From a virus (Duplodnaviria; Caudoviricetes): DNA of 27,083 nt. Under the pieces are notes generated by a model that was not told the origin of the DNA, made no database searches, and was given only the letters and a program-made list of their open reading frames with translations. The translations under genes and the position numbers were made by a program. Below are positions 1-7,635 of this stretch, in pieces. The first letter of the stretch is position 1. Each line of letters begins with the position of its first letter. The stretch is taken from positions 1 through 27,083 of the IMG/VR virus record IMGVR_UViG_3300049173_000047; one strand, 5' to 3'.

Positions 1-33
1 TTCCGGATCGGGGCCAGCGGTCAGCTCCAGCAT
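1..33 (-). CDS. 5' start of an early gene running off the window (MLELTAGPDPE...)
   Basis: ATG at 33 overlaps the TGA of the upstream gene (TGATG), the same coupling as the rest of the operon. Confidence 0.5.
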   Translation of the reverse strand, partial: MLELTAGPDPE

Positions 34-491
34 CACGCCACCCCCTCGGCGCGCACGGCCCCGGGGTTGGTGACGGGTCCGAGGAGTCCGGCGTCGGCGG
101 CCTGCCAGAGCGTGGTGACGTCGAACGTGCTGGTGTCCTGGTCGGCGCCGATGCGCTGCATGGGCGGCACGGTGACGCGGTTGGCGTTGGCTTCGGCGGC
201 GATCTGCGCCCCGAACCGGGCCCGCAGAGCGAGCGCCTCGTCCCGCCACTCGTCGCGTTCGGCGGTGAGGCCATCGATGTCGGCGAGCTGCTGCACGACG
301 ATCTCCTCCGCCTCCGCCTGCTTGGCGTGGGCCTCGGCCAGGTCCTGGCGGAGCAGGGCGATCGCGTCTCCGGCGGCGTGCAGGTTGCCGAGGAGGATCA
401 CGTTCTCGGCGCGGAGTTTGGTCACCTTGTCGACGGCCCGGCGGCGGCCGTGGCCCCTGAGCGGGGCGGGGACGAGGTCATTGAGGGTCAC
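33..491 (-). CDS. Hypothetical early protein with central coiled coil
   Basis: 152-aa ORF, GTGA overlap with the upstream gene, AAGGAG RBS, heptad-like Leu/Ala/Glu region. Confidence 0.8.
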   Translation of the reverse strand: MTLNDLVPAPLRGHGRRRAVDKVTKLRAENVILLGNLHAAGDAIALLRQDLAEAHAKQAEAEEIVVQQLADIDGLTAERDEWRDEALALRARFGAQIAAEANANRVTVPPMQRIGADQDTSTFDVTTLWQAADAGLLGPVTNPGAVRAEGVA

Positions 492-694
492 GACTGCTCC
501 TTGCGGTATCCGATGGCGTCGAGGAGTTCGAGGAGGCCGACCGTGATGCCGGGGTCCTTGGCGAGCTCGCCGGCGGTGAGTTCCGGGTAGAGGCCTGCGA
601 CGTGGCCAGCCAGGGTGACGGCGGCCTTGCGGAGTTCCTGCTTGTCGACAGGGCCGACGGCGAGCAGCCGCGACTCCAGTTCACGGCCGGACAT
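488..694 (-). CDS. Hypothetical early protein (68 aa, MSGRELESRLL...)
   Basis: 3' part of track ORF 488..1066. ATG at 694 overlaps the upstream stop; CAGGAGG RBS. Confidence 0.7.
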   Translation of the reverse strand: MSGRELESRLLAVGPVDKQELRKAAVTLAGHVAGLYPELTAGELAKDPGITVGLLELLDAIGYRKEQS

Positions 695-948
695 CACGCC
701 TCCTGCTTGCTGATGCGTTCGCAGAAGTCCTCGAACGTCTCGGTGAATCCGCCGATGAGCGACGCCATGAACTCGGTGTCGTCGGGGGCGGTTTCGCGGC
801 CGAGCCAGGCGGCGACCCCGGGGACGGTGACGAGGGCGCCGGTCTCGGATGCGGCAGCCAGGACGGTGCCGAGCTGGTCGACGGTCGCGACCTGGCGGGG
901 CTTGCGGCCGAGCAGGCGGGCCACGGCGGCGGCGATACGGGAGGCCAT
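694..948 (-). CDS. Hypothetical early protein (84 aa)
   Basis: ATG directly abuts the TAG of the upstream gene; high GC3. Confidence 0.7.
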   Translation of the reverse strand: MASRIAAAVARLLGRKPRQVATVDQLGTVLAAASETGALVTVPGVAAWLGRETAPDDTEFMASLIGGFTETFEDFCERISKQEA

Positions 949-1119
949 CTACGCCACCACCTGGGGGTCGTTGCGGGCGGCGTCGAGGCGGAGGAGGTAT
1001 TCGCGGACCTCGCCGGGGGCCCACTGGCCCTCGTCGAGGCCGAACTCGCGGTGGCATTCCGTCCACACGCGGGCGAGGGCGTCCTCGATGAGGTCGGCGT
1101 CCTGGGTCGGTGTCGCCAT
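949..1119 (-). CDS. Hypothetical early protein (56 aa, MATPTQDADLIEDALARVWTECHREFGLDEGQW...), not in the ORF track
   Basis: Translated by hand. Fills the gap exactly, has a GAAGGTGG RBS, and almost all codons end in G/C. Confidence 0.75.
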   Translation of the reverse strand: MATPTQDADLIEDALARVWTECHREFGLDEGQWAPGEVREYLLRLDAARNDPQVVA

Positions 1120-1120
1120 G

Positions 1121-1342
1121 TCAGGCCACCTTCCGCAGCATGCGGCCCCGGTTGTCGGCTGCGGCCTGGGCGGCGACGACGGCGAGCTTGTCGAGGGCGG
1201 CCTGGCTGGACAGGCTGACGGCGATCGAAATACCGCCGAGGACGATGAAGCCGTGGCCCATGCGCTCCTCGAAGTGGATGTCGTCCGGGTTGTCGCCGAG
1301 GGCGACCGTCTGGTTCAGGACGCGGGACGGGTTGCTGTTCAC
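1121..1342 (-). CDS. Hypothetical early protein (73 aa)
   Basis: GTG at 1342 in a GTGA overlap; GAGGAGGG RBS. Confidence 0.7.
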   Translation of the reverse strand: MNSNPSRVLNQTVALGDNPDDIHFEERMGHGFIVLGGISIAVSLSSQAALDKLAVVAAQAAADNRGRMLRKVA

Positions 1343-1647
1343 TGCTGGCCCTCCTCGGGCGTGGTGTGGGTGGGGGCGAGAACGGCGGCCAGACGCTCCG
1401 CGGTGCCGACGTAGCGGGCCTCGACGCGGGCGCCGAACTCGGTCAGCTCGTGCCGGGCCTCGAACGATCCGACCGGCAGGTAGGCCCACCGCTGGGTCAG
1501 GTTTTTGGTGCTGCCTCGGCGGATGTGCCAGACCATGCCCTGGGCGGTCGTCGTGGCCTTGTACTCGCCGACCGGCTGCCACACGCCAGGGTTCGCGCGG
1601 CACGCGGCGGCGACGGCGAAGTGATCGATCTGCTTGCGGCTGGTCAT
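1339..1647 (-). CDS. Hypothetical early protein (102 aa, MTSRKQIDH...)
   Basis: ATGA overlap at 1644-1647; 3' part of track ORF 1339..1896. Confidence 0.75.
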   Translation of the reverse strand: MTSRKQIDHFAVAAACRANPGVWQPVGEYKATTTAQGMVWHIRRGSTKNLTQRWAYLPVGSFEARHELTEFGARVEARYVGTAERLAAVLAPTHTTPEEGQQ

Positions 1648-2111
1648 GACGTCACCGCCGTCAGCTCGTAATGGCGGATGACCACTTCGGTGACCGGCGT
1701 CAGACGGCCGTCGGCGGCCAGGGACTCCAGGTCGGCCTTCACGGTCCGGAGGCCGACCCAGCCGAAGCCCGCCTGCTTCAAGGCGAAGTGCGCCCGCTCC
1801 GGCGTCCAGTCGCCCGGCCGGACACGGATCGCGTCGAGGAGAGCCGCCCGGCGGGCCGCCGTGGTCGCATCGCGGTCGACCCGCGCCTGCTCCCACTCCT
1901 CCTCGGTGACCGCGTCGACGTGGGTGAGGATGATGTAGGCGCCGCGCCCGTTGACCCAGACGACGTCGTCGCCGCTGGCGGCTTGCTGCGCCACACTCCG
2001 GGTGCGGGTGATGAGCACCTCGCAGCCCGGGTCATCCACGGGGCGGCAGTCCGGGTATGCGAGCACCGGAGTGCCGACCGGGTGCAGGGAGTTGAAGGTC
2101 TCGGCGTTCAC
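1644..2111 (-). CDS. Hypothetical early protein with possible C-terminal winged-HTH
   Basis: GTGA overlap at 2108-2111. The C-terminus (LLDAIR...WTPERAHFALK...RTVKADLESLAADGRL) has a wHTH-like pattern. Confidence 0.7.
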   Translation of the reverse strand: MNAETFNSLHPVGTPVLAYPDCRPVDDPGCEVLITRTRSVAQQAASGDDVVWVNGRGAYIILTHVDAVTEEEWEQARVDRDATTAARRAALLDAIRVRPGDWTPERAHFALKQAGFGWVGLRTVKADLESLAADGRLTPVTEVVIRHYELTAVTS

Positions 2112-2677
2112 GCGGCCACCGCCACTCGGTTGCCGCCGATCGGCGTCCTCTGGAACTTGCGGCTCCACCGGTACTTCGGGTTCGGCGCCTTCGTCTCGGT
2201 CCACTCGATGGGGCCGTGGCACTTCCGCAGCGGGTTGTGGAACCAATCCCGCGTCATCGAAAGGTCGCCGCACCCAGGGCAGGCGATGACGGGCCCAAGC
2301 GGCATGCTGCGCAGGCCGTCGCGCTCGAACTCCTCCAGCCTGCGAAACTCCAGGTCGCCGTCGAGAACGCGGGTGCCATCCAGGTCGATGTCGCTGTAGT
2401 CGTTCGCCCAGTAGGCGATCGCGTCGTCCTCGTTCTCGGCGTCCACCCACAGCACGCGGGTGACGGTCTCAACCACGACGATCGGGAAGCGCCGCTCGTC
2501 CACACCCCACGAGTTGGCGGGACGCGTCCGGTCCAGCAGCGCCTCGACGTCCGGGTCGGGCTCACTCGGCACCGGCCGGGGCCACGACTGGTTCAGGTAC
2601 TTGTGGTCACCGGCGTGCTTCAGGTCCTTCTCGCACTCGCGCCAGGAGTCGCCGGGCATCGGCTCGCCGCACTTCAC
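2108..2677 (-). CDS. Hypothetical early protein with Cys/His (possible Zn-binding) motifs
   Basis: GTGA overlap with the antirepressor stop; C..C..HAGDH and CPGC...CH motifs. Confidence 0.75.
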   Translation of the reverse strand: MKCGEPMPGDSWRECEKDLKHAGDHKYLNQSWPRPVPSEPDPDVEALLDRTRPANSWGVDERRFPIVVVETVTRVLWVDAENEDDAIAYWANDYSDIDLDGTRVLDGDLEFRRLEEFERDGLRSMPLGPVIACPGCGDLSMTRDWFHNPLRKCHGPIEWTETKAPNPKYRWSRKFQRTPIGGNRVAVAA

Positions 2678-3492
2678 GCTGCACCGCCCTCGATGGCGGC
2701 GCGCATGGCGGCCTGGCGCTTCGAGATGCGCATCTGGATGAAGGAGAGGCCCCGCGGCGTGACGTGCAGCGTGTAGTGGGCGCAGTGACCCCACGAGTGC
2801 TCGACGACCTTTTCGACCGAGTTGAAGCAGTCCGCGTGAGCCGCGTAGAAGTCGTACTCCCAGCCTCCGCAGGTGCGTTGGCGCCGGTAGATCAGCTTCT
2901 CGTCAAGGAGGAACCCGCGAAGGTCCGTCTCCTTCCATCCGAGTTCCTTCGCCGCCTGGCGGACCAGCCGGTCACCTTCCTGGGCGACCATCAGCGTGTC
3001 GTGTACGAGAGCCTTCGGCTCCAGCTCCGCGACCCGCGACGTCAGCTCGACCTCGCGCTCCGTCGACTCCAGCAGCATGCGGGCCACAGCCATCCGGCCC
3101 TGCGGGGTCGCCATGTCCGGGAGAGCCGGCGCGGCGGGGGTCAGCGAGTATGAGCCGGTCTGGCGAAGCGAAGGGATGACCTCGTGGGTGATCCAGCGCT
3201 TGAATGCCTTCGCCTGCGGCTTCCGGCTGCGGAGGATGAGGGAGTAGAGGCCGGGCTCGTTGATGATGTTGGCGGGGCGGCTCTGGCCACCCTCACTAGT
3301 AATGAGGGTGGAGCTGCGCTCGTCCGCGTCCAGGTAGCTCACGGCCTGGCTCGGGTTGCCGATCTCAAGCACGGTGCAGACGTCGGCGGCGACCCACCAG
3401 GGCTGCGCGTCGATCATCACGGACCGCACGTGCTGCGCGGTCTCCGGGAAGGTGAACACCAGCGGGGTGCTCGAAGATGGGACCATGGTCAC
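2674..3492 (-). CDS. Phage antirepressor, Bro-N plus ANT/KilAC-like domains
   Basis: Bro-N motifs PWWVAADVC, INEPGLYSLILRSRKPQAKAFKRWITHEVIPSLR.TGSY; C-terminal ELEPKA...AKELG...VTPRG. Confidence 0.9.
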   Translation of the reverse strand: MTMVPSSSTPLVFTFPETAQHVRSVMIDAQPWWVAADVCTVLEIGNPSQAVSYLDADERSSTLITSEGGQSRPANIINEPGLYSLILRSRKPQAKAFKRWITHEVIPSLRQTGSYSLTPAAPALPDMATPQGRMAVARMLLESTEREVELTSRVAELEPKALVHDTLMVAQEGDRLVRQAAKELGWKETDLRGFLLDEKLIYRRQRTCGGWEYDFYAAHADCFNSVEKVVEHSWGHCAHYTLHVTPRGLSFIQMRISKRQAAMRAAIEGGAA

Positions 3493-3549
3493 GGTCCACT
3501 CCTGTTCTCTACGGGATGTGTGGGTGGATCGGCGGCTCTTTGGCCGCGG

Positions 3550-3590
3550 CGCCCCTGCTGCCGGTGTGTCAGAGCCCGGCGGTCGGGGCG
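3550..3590. terminator. GC-rich hairpin between the xis-like gene and the antirepressor (possible terminator/attenuator)
   Basis: CGCCCCTGCTGCCGG...CCGGCGGTCGGGGCG imperfect inverted repeat; no U-tract on the - strand. Confidence 0.4.
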
Positions 3591-3599
3591 TTTGCCGTC

Positions 3600-3824
3600 T
3601 CAGGCCGCGACGCGGGCCGGCTCGGTGTCGCTGGTTTCGCCGTTCATCCAGGCGTCGAGCTCGGTGATCTTGTAGCGGTATCGCCGCTGGCCGTGGCGTG
3701 TGCTGGCCGGGCCGATACGGTCACGGCGCCAGCGGTAGAGAGTCGTGAAGTGGACGCCGATGTATTCGGCGGCGTCTTCGGTCCAGAGCCATCCCTTGGG
3801 GGCGGGCTTGGGCTTGCCGGGCAT
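3600..3824 (-). CDS. Excisionase-like HTH protein (HTH_17/MerR-like)
   Basis: LWTEDAAEYIGVHFTTLYRWRRD.IGP...RYRY...ELDAWM pattern; GAGGAG RBS. Confidence 0.85.
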   Translation of the reverse strand: MPGKPKPAPKGWLWTEDAAEYIGVHFTTLYRWRRDRIGPASTRHGQRRYRYKITELDAWMNGETSDTEPARVAA

Positions 3825-3826
3825 GT

Positions 3827-4120
3827 CTACTCCTCGATCGTGGGGGTGTTTCGAGACGTTCGGTTCGGTTCTGGAGACGACGGGGGCGCGAAAAGGGGGA
3901 AGATCGCGCTACCGAGGGCCTCCGCGAGGGTTGTGGCGTCATCGACGTCCACGTTGTCCTGTTCGCCGGTGATGAGTTTGCCGATCAGGGCGGCACTCAC
4001 CCCGGACGCTTCGGCCAATGTTCGGACCGAGAAGGACTGTCCTCGACCCGGAAACTGCATGAAGTGCTTGAAGACCGAGATGTCGCGAAGTATCCAGCGA
4101 CGATTGGGACGTCGGCTCAC
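3827..4120 (-). CDS. Cro-like XRE HTH regulator, first gene of the early operon
   Basis: SVRTLAEASGVSAALIGKLITG...LAEALG; divergent from the repressor. Confidence 0.85.
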   Translation of the reverse strand: MSRRPNRRWILRDISVFKHFMQFPGRGQSFSVRTLAEASGVSAALIGKLITGEQDNVDVDDATTLAEALGSAIFPLFAPPSSPEPNRTSRNTPTIEE

Positions 4121-4170
4121 TTTTCCCCCGAGTAGTGCGGAGCTGCTTGCCTGATTTAGCTAACCATAGT

Positions 4171-4264
4171 CGAGACGAGTCGTCTACACATCCGAGACGA
4201 CTCATCCTCGACTGTCGGCGAGGGGTGTGGCCGGATAGCATTGATCTGTAGACGAACTGTCTCG
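4171..4264. promoter_or_regulatory. Operator region of the lysis/lysogeny switch: three 18-bp related sites
   Basis: 4171-4188 CGAGACGAGTCGTCTACA, 4193-4210 CGAGACGACTCATCCTCG, and 4247-4264 TGTAGACGAACTGTCTCG, which matches the reverse complement of site 1 at 15/18. Confidence 0.7.
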
Positions 4265-4363
4265 GATCTCGGATGGTTGTACGGACTGAGCTGGTATTTT
4301 CGCGACGCCCCCCACCCCCTAGAGAGACAGCCGGTATCTGAAGTGACCCGAGAGGAAGAGGAC

Positions 4364-4798
4364 ATGACGGCAGCGGCCACCGCCCCTGACCAAGGCCCGG
4401 CCCAGCCCAACCCCCCTGTAGGCGCCCTCTCCAAGCTCATCCAGGACGCCAACGATCGCGGCCTCTCCTACGCCAAGATGTCCGAGCGTGCGATCGACCG
4501 CGAGTCGGGCACCAGACTGTCCAAGCCCTACCTTCAGCGCCTCGTCACCAACCCGCCGGCCAACGCACCCAGCCCGAAGCAGATCAAGGCCCTCGCCAAC
4601 GCGCTGGGAATCAGCGAACGCCGCCTCAAGGCCGCCGCCGCCTCTCAATGGCTCGAATACGAAGCGACTGAGCTGGCGGGCTACAACGACGACGTGCGCA
4701 TCATCGTCGCGCACCTAGGTGACATGCCCGAGGCGGAGTTGCGTCGCTGGCGGGCGATGATCGAAGCGGACGAGCGGGCCCGCCGCGAGGACGACTAG
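4364..4798 (+). CDS. Immunity repressor, XRE-type HTH, no S24 autoprotease domain
   Basis: GLSYAKMSER...LSKPYLQRL...PSPKQIKALANALGIS. Start moved to ATG 4364 (GAGGAAGAGG RBS). Lies between cro and int. Confidence 0.8.
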   Translation: MTAAATAPDQGPAQPNPPVGALSKLIQDANDRGLSYAKMSERAIDRESGTRLSKPYLQRLVTNPPANAPSPKQIKALANALGISERRLKAAAASQWLEYEATELAGYNDDVRIIVAHLGDMPEAELRRWRAMIEADERARREDD

Positions 4799-4842
4799 CA
4801 GAGTCGACTTAGCACGGGATCACCTGACCGGAAAAGTCCCCA

Positions 4843-4894
4843 TGTAGACAATCGCGTGAACGGATTGTCGCCACTCGTTTACGCGGCGTACCCT
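4843..4894 (+). promoter_or_regulatory. Probable promoter of the repeat-protein/int unit, with overlapping operator-like elements
   Basis: TTGTCG(4865-4870)-N18-TACCCT(4889-4894). Inverted repeat GACAATC-N9-GATTGTC (4847-4869) and operator half-site TGTAGAC (4843-4849). Confidence 0.5.
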
Positions 4895-4957
4895 TCCACA
4901 ACCGTGCGCTTCCGGCACACGAAGCCCTAGCGCACCGCACCAACGGGAGGGCGCCGC

Positions 4958-5407
4958 ATGCTGCGCGTTGTGTACAGGACCACGCTGGACCTCGAACCCG
5001 GACGCCTCGTCGACCTGCAGGAATCGCGGGGCCGCATAGACGTCAGCATCCACGAAGACGCCGAGGCCGCCGCCTACACCGCAGCCCTCAACGCCGAGCT
5101 GAAACGGTTCCTCGCCAACTGCTGCTGGTTCCAGATCTGGCGCGGTCAGATCATCAGCGTCAACTCCCCCGACAGTCCGCTCACCGTCACATACGAGGTG
5201 GATGACCAGATCGACCTCCGTAAATGCGTGGAGATCCGAGAACGTCGCGGCCTTGTCGCCGTCCACGTCGCCAGTGCTGCAACGGCGGACGATTTCGTCC
5301 GGGCCATGAACCCCGCAACTGAGCGCTTCCTCGCGGGAGGCCAGTGGTTCCAGCTGTGGCAGGGTGAGATCATCACGATGGATCCGCCCGAGGCGTCCGC
5401 GGCCTGA
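4958..5407 (+). CDS. Unknown protein composed of two tandem ~72-aa repeats
   Basis: GGGAGGG RBS and high GC3. Repeats end LNAELKRFLANCCWFQIWRGQIISVNSP and MNPATERFLAGGQWFQLWQGEIITMDPP. Confidence 0.85.
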   Translation: MLRVVYRTTLDLEPGRLVDLQESRGRIDVSIHEDAEAAAYTAALNAELKRFLANCCWFQIWRGQIISVNSPDSPLTVTYEVDDQIDLRKCVEIRERRGLVAVHVASAATADDFVRAMNPATERFLAGGQWFQLWQGEIITMDPPEASAA

Positions 5408-5429
5408 CGGGTAAGCACGAGGGGGCCAT

Positions 5430-6728
5430 ATGCCCGGTTACATCGAAGACCGGTGGATGACGAAGAAGCCGGACCCCTCGACCGGCCAGAAGCGCAAGAC
5501 GGAGCGCTGGGGCAAGGGGAAGAGATACAGGGTCGCCGGCATCCCAGGAGTGAAGGACCGGTCGTTCGAGAAGCTGCACGGCCCTGAAGGTGCGAACGCA
5601 TGGCTGGCGAAGGCTCAGCACGAGTCGACCGCTGGTGAGTTCATCGACCCGCGGCGTGGACAGATGCTGCTGGGCGACTACATCGAGCAGGAGTGGTGGC
5701 CGCGCCGCGACTACGACAACCCCACTACCGAACTCACCGTCAAGGGCCGCGTGTGGACGCACATCGTCGCGCACCTCGGCACCTACCAGCTCAACTCGAT
5801 CAAGACGAAGCAGCTCGGCGAGTGGCTCAAGACCCTCAAGGAAACCGCTGGCCCCGGAACCGCCAATGAGTGCTGGCGCTACCTCTCCGCCATCTTCCAG
5901 TCGGCGATCGACGACGAACGGCTGACGCGGAACCCGTGCCGGCGGCAGACGACGCTCCGCGTGCCCGCACGACCTCCGGCCAAGGCCCGGGCGTGGACGA
6001 AGGACCGAGTGCTCGCCGTTCAGGCCGCGATGGACGAACGCTTCCAGTTGTGTGTCGACCTCGGCGTGGGTGCCGGGCTGCGCTCCGGAGAGGTGTTCGG
6101 GCTGTCGGTGGACGACATCGACTTCGAGGGCGGGCGCATCCTGGTCCGCCGCCAGGTGAAGAAGGTCGGGGCCAAGCTGGCGTTCGCCCTGCCGAAGGGT
6201 GAGAAGACGCGGGAGGTGCCGGTTCCCGAGTACCTCCTCAAGCGGATCAGTGAATCTCTGGAGCGTCGTCCTGCTGTCCCGGTGGAGTTGCCGTGGAAGG
6301 ATCCCCGTCCTGCGAAGACGGAGCGAGAGAGGGATGAAAGGGCTCCGCAGACCCACGCTCTGATCCTGACGGCCGCACGGGGTGGAGCGATCCGCAGAGA
6401 CGGCTTCGACACGCGCATCTGGAAGCCGGCGCTGGCCGCTGCCGGGGTCATCCCGGCGGCCGTGGAGACGAAGCATCCGGTCCGGCACAGGCCGGGCTTC
6501 TTCCGGACGGTGCTGACCTATGAGGAGAGCCGGGAGAACGGCTTTCATGCCCTGCGGCATACCTTCGCCAGCGTGCAGCTGGACGCGCGGGAGCCGATCG
6601 TGGCAGTCTCGAAGTGGCTGGGCCACGCGGATCCGTCGATCACTCTCCGGATCTATGCGCACATGATGCCCGAGGCGGATGGCCGGGGCCGGACAGCGAT
6701 GCAGAACTGGTTCGAGAGCTCCGCCTAG
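5430..6728 (+). CDS. int: Tyrosine integrase
   Basis: Catalytic set GLRSGE (R), PKGEK (K), FHALRHTF (HxxR), LGH, LRIYAH (Y); N-terminal arm-binding/SAM-like region. Confidence 0.97.
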   Translation: MPGYIEDRWMTKKPDPSTGQKRKTERWGKGKRYRVAGIPGVKDRSFEKLHGPEGANAWLAKAQHESTAGEFIDPRRGQMLLGDYIEQEWWPRRDYDNPTTELTVKGRVWTHIVAHLGTYQLNSIKTKQLGEWLKTLKETAGPGTANECWRYLSAIFQSAIDDERLTRNPCRRQTTLRVPARPPAKARAWTKDRVLAVQAAMDERFQLCVDLGVGAGLRSGEVFGLSVDDIDFEGGRILVRRQVKKVGAKLAFALPKGEKTREVPVPEYLLKRISESLERRPAVPVELPWKDPRPAKTERERDERAPQTHALILTAARGGAIRRDGFDTRIWKPALAAAGVIPAAVETKHPVRHRPGFFRTVLTYEESRENGFHALRHTFASVQLDAREPIVAVSKWLGHADPSITLRIYAHMMPEADGRGRTAMQNWFESSA

Positions 6729-6774
6729 TGGATCTCCCCAGATTCTCCCCAGCTCAAAGGATCAAGAAGGAATG

Positions 6775-6804
6775 AGGGCCCTCCCGTGCGCCGGGAGGGC
6801 CCTC
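6775..6804. terminator. Bidirectional hairpin terminator between int and the convergent gene fragment
   Basis: GAGGGCCCTCCCG-TGCGC-CGGGAGGGCCCTC perfect 13-bp stem. Confidence 0.8.
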
Positions 6805-6814
6805 GGCTGCGTGG

Positions 6815-6958
6815 TCAGCAGACGCCTACTTTCGCCAGTGCACGTCGCTGAGCTGGGGAAAGGTGCGCGGGGAAGTACAGATAGCAGACGCCTCCGGTGC
6901 CGGAGACGACCTTGCCACTGGCGTTGTACCGCTTGGTACGCAGCCAGATGTTCTCCGT
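6815..6958 (-). pseudogene. 3' gene fragment inside attP, probably the replacement end of the host integration target gene
   Basis: TENIWLRTKRYNASGKVVSGTGGVCYLYFPAH has 28/32 GC-ending codons, while the upstream part of track ORF 6815..7069 uses rare codons. Followed by a stop and a terminator. Confidence 0.55.
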
Positions 6959-7170
6959 ATGGCTACACATCCGGCGCGATCCTGCGCCGATTCCGGCAGT
7001 GACCCTCAAACGCCTTCTGACCTGCCATTCTTTGTCGAGCTTAGCGATGCATAGTCGAGCGTTGCGCATCGCATCCGTTCATCTTGGATCTCCCCGATCA
7101 CTCCCCAGTGGCACCATTCTCCCCCGGCGCTCCCCACGGGGAGGACCTCCACAGCGCCTCCTACCAGCCC

Positions 7171-7407
7171 TTACTCGTCCCGCTGGAGACTTCCCGGCAC
7201 ATAGGTCTGCCCACACCGCTCGGCCGCCCCGGCTCGCTGGGCCTCCATTTCCAACACGCAGCCCTGGCATGCGCGAACATCCTGAATGCCCCCCGCGGGC
7301 GGCCGGATCGTCTTGATGTGAGCCGTCGACACCTCGCCCTTGCATGGATGTCGGAAGCAGACCCCTTCCTCCCACTCGTAGGTGTCGAGGATCTGCTGGA
7401 GGTTCAT
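7171..7407 (-). CDS. Small Cys-rich (CFRHP...CQGC) protein, probably SOS-regulated
   Basis: CAGGAGAG RBS; downstream of a promoter with a LexA box. Confidence 0.7.
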   Translation of the reverse strand: MNLQQILDTYEWEEGVCFRHPCKGEVSTAHIKTIRPPAGGIQDVRACQGCVLEMEAQRAGAAERCGQTYVPGSLQRDE

Positions 7408-7503
7408 GCCCGCTCTCCTGGGTTGGACTGACTGACGGGGTGTGGCTCTGATTCCCGTCTCGCTTGCCGGAATGCGCTGGTTGACAGCTGTTCACGCGAT
7501 CGG

Positions 7504-7555
7504 GTGAACATGTGTTCGGTTATGGACAGTACTTGGCGCTCTGCGACACATGCCA
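7504..7555 (-). promoter_or_regulatory. Promoter with actinobacterial LexA (SOS) box
   Basis: GTGAAC-ATGT-GTTCGG at 7504-7519 versus consensus TCGAAC-N4-GTTCGA. On the - strand, TGGCAT(7555-7550)-N18-TACTGT(7531-7526) lies just upstream of the box. Confidence 0.65.
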
Positions 7556-7635
7556 GGTCGCAGGCTGGATATATCAAGGCCCGGAGGATGCCCCTAGCGT
7601 CGGACTCCACGTCATGATCGTCGCCAGGGGTCCGG

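Larger units (their letters stand above)
6730..7140. other. Putative attP: arm-type sites flanking a core near 6950-6975
   Basis: Three tandem pairs of nCTCCCC(A/C/G) at exact 11-bp spacing: 6733/6744, 7089/7100 and 7118/7129. GGATCTCCCC is shared at 6730 and 7086. Lies immediately downstream of int. Confidence 0.7.

Noticed and set aside
4958-5407. ImmA/IrrE metalloprotease call based on position
   Set aside because: No HExxH motif (only HEDAE), and the protein is an internal duplication.
6730-7140. tRNA/tmRNA fragment as att core, or CRISPR-like repeats
   Set aside because: No T-loop/CCA-type 3' end seen. The repeats are 9-mers in pairs, not repeat-spacer units.
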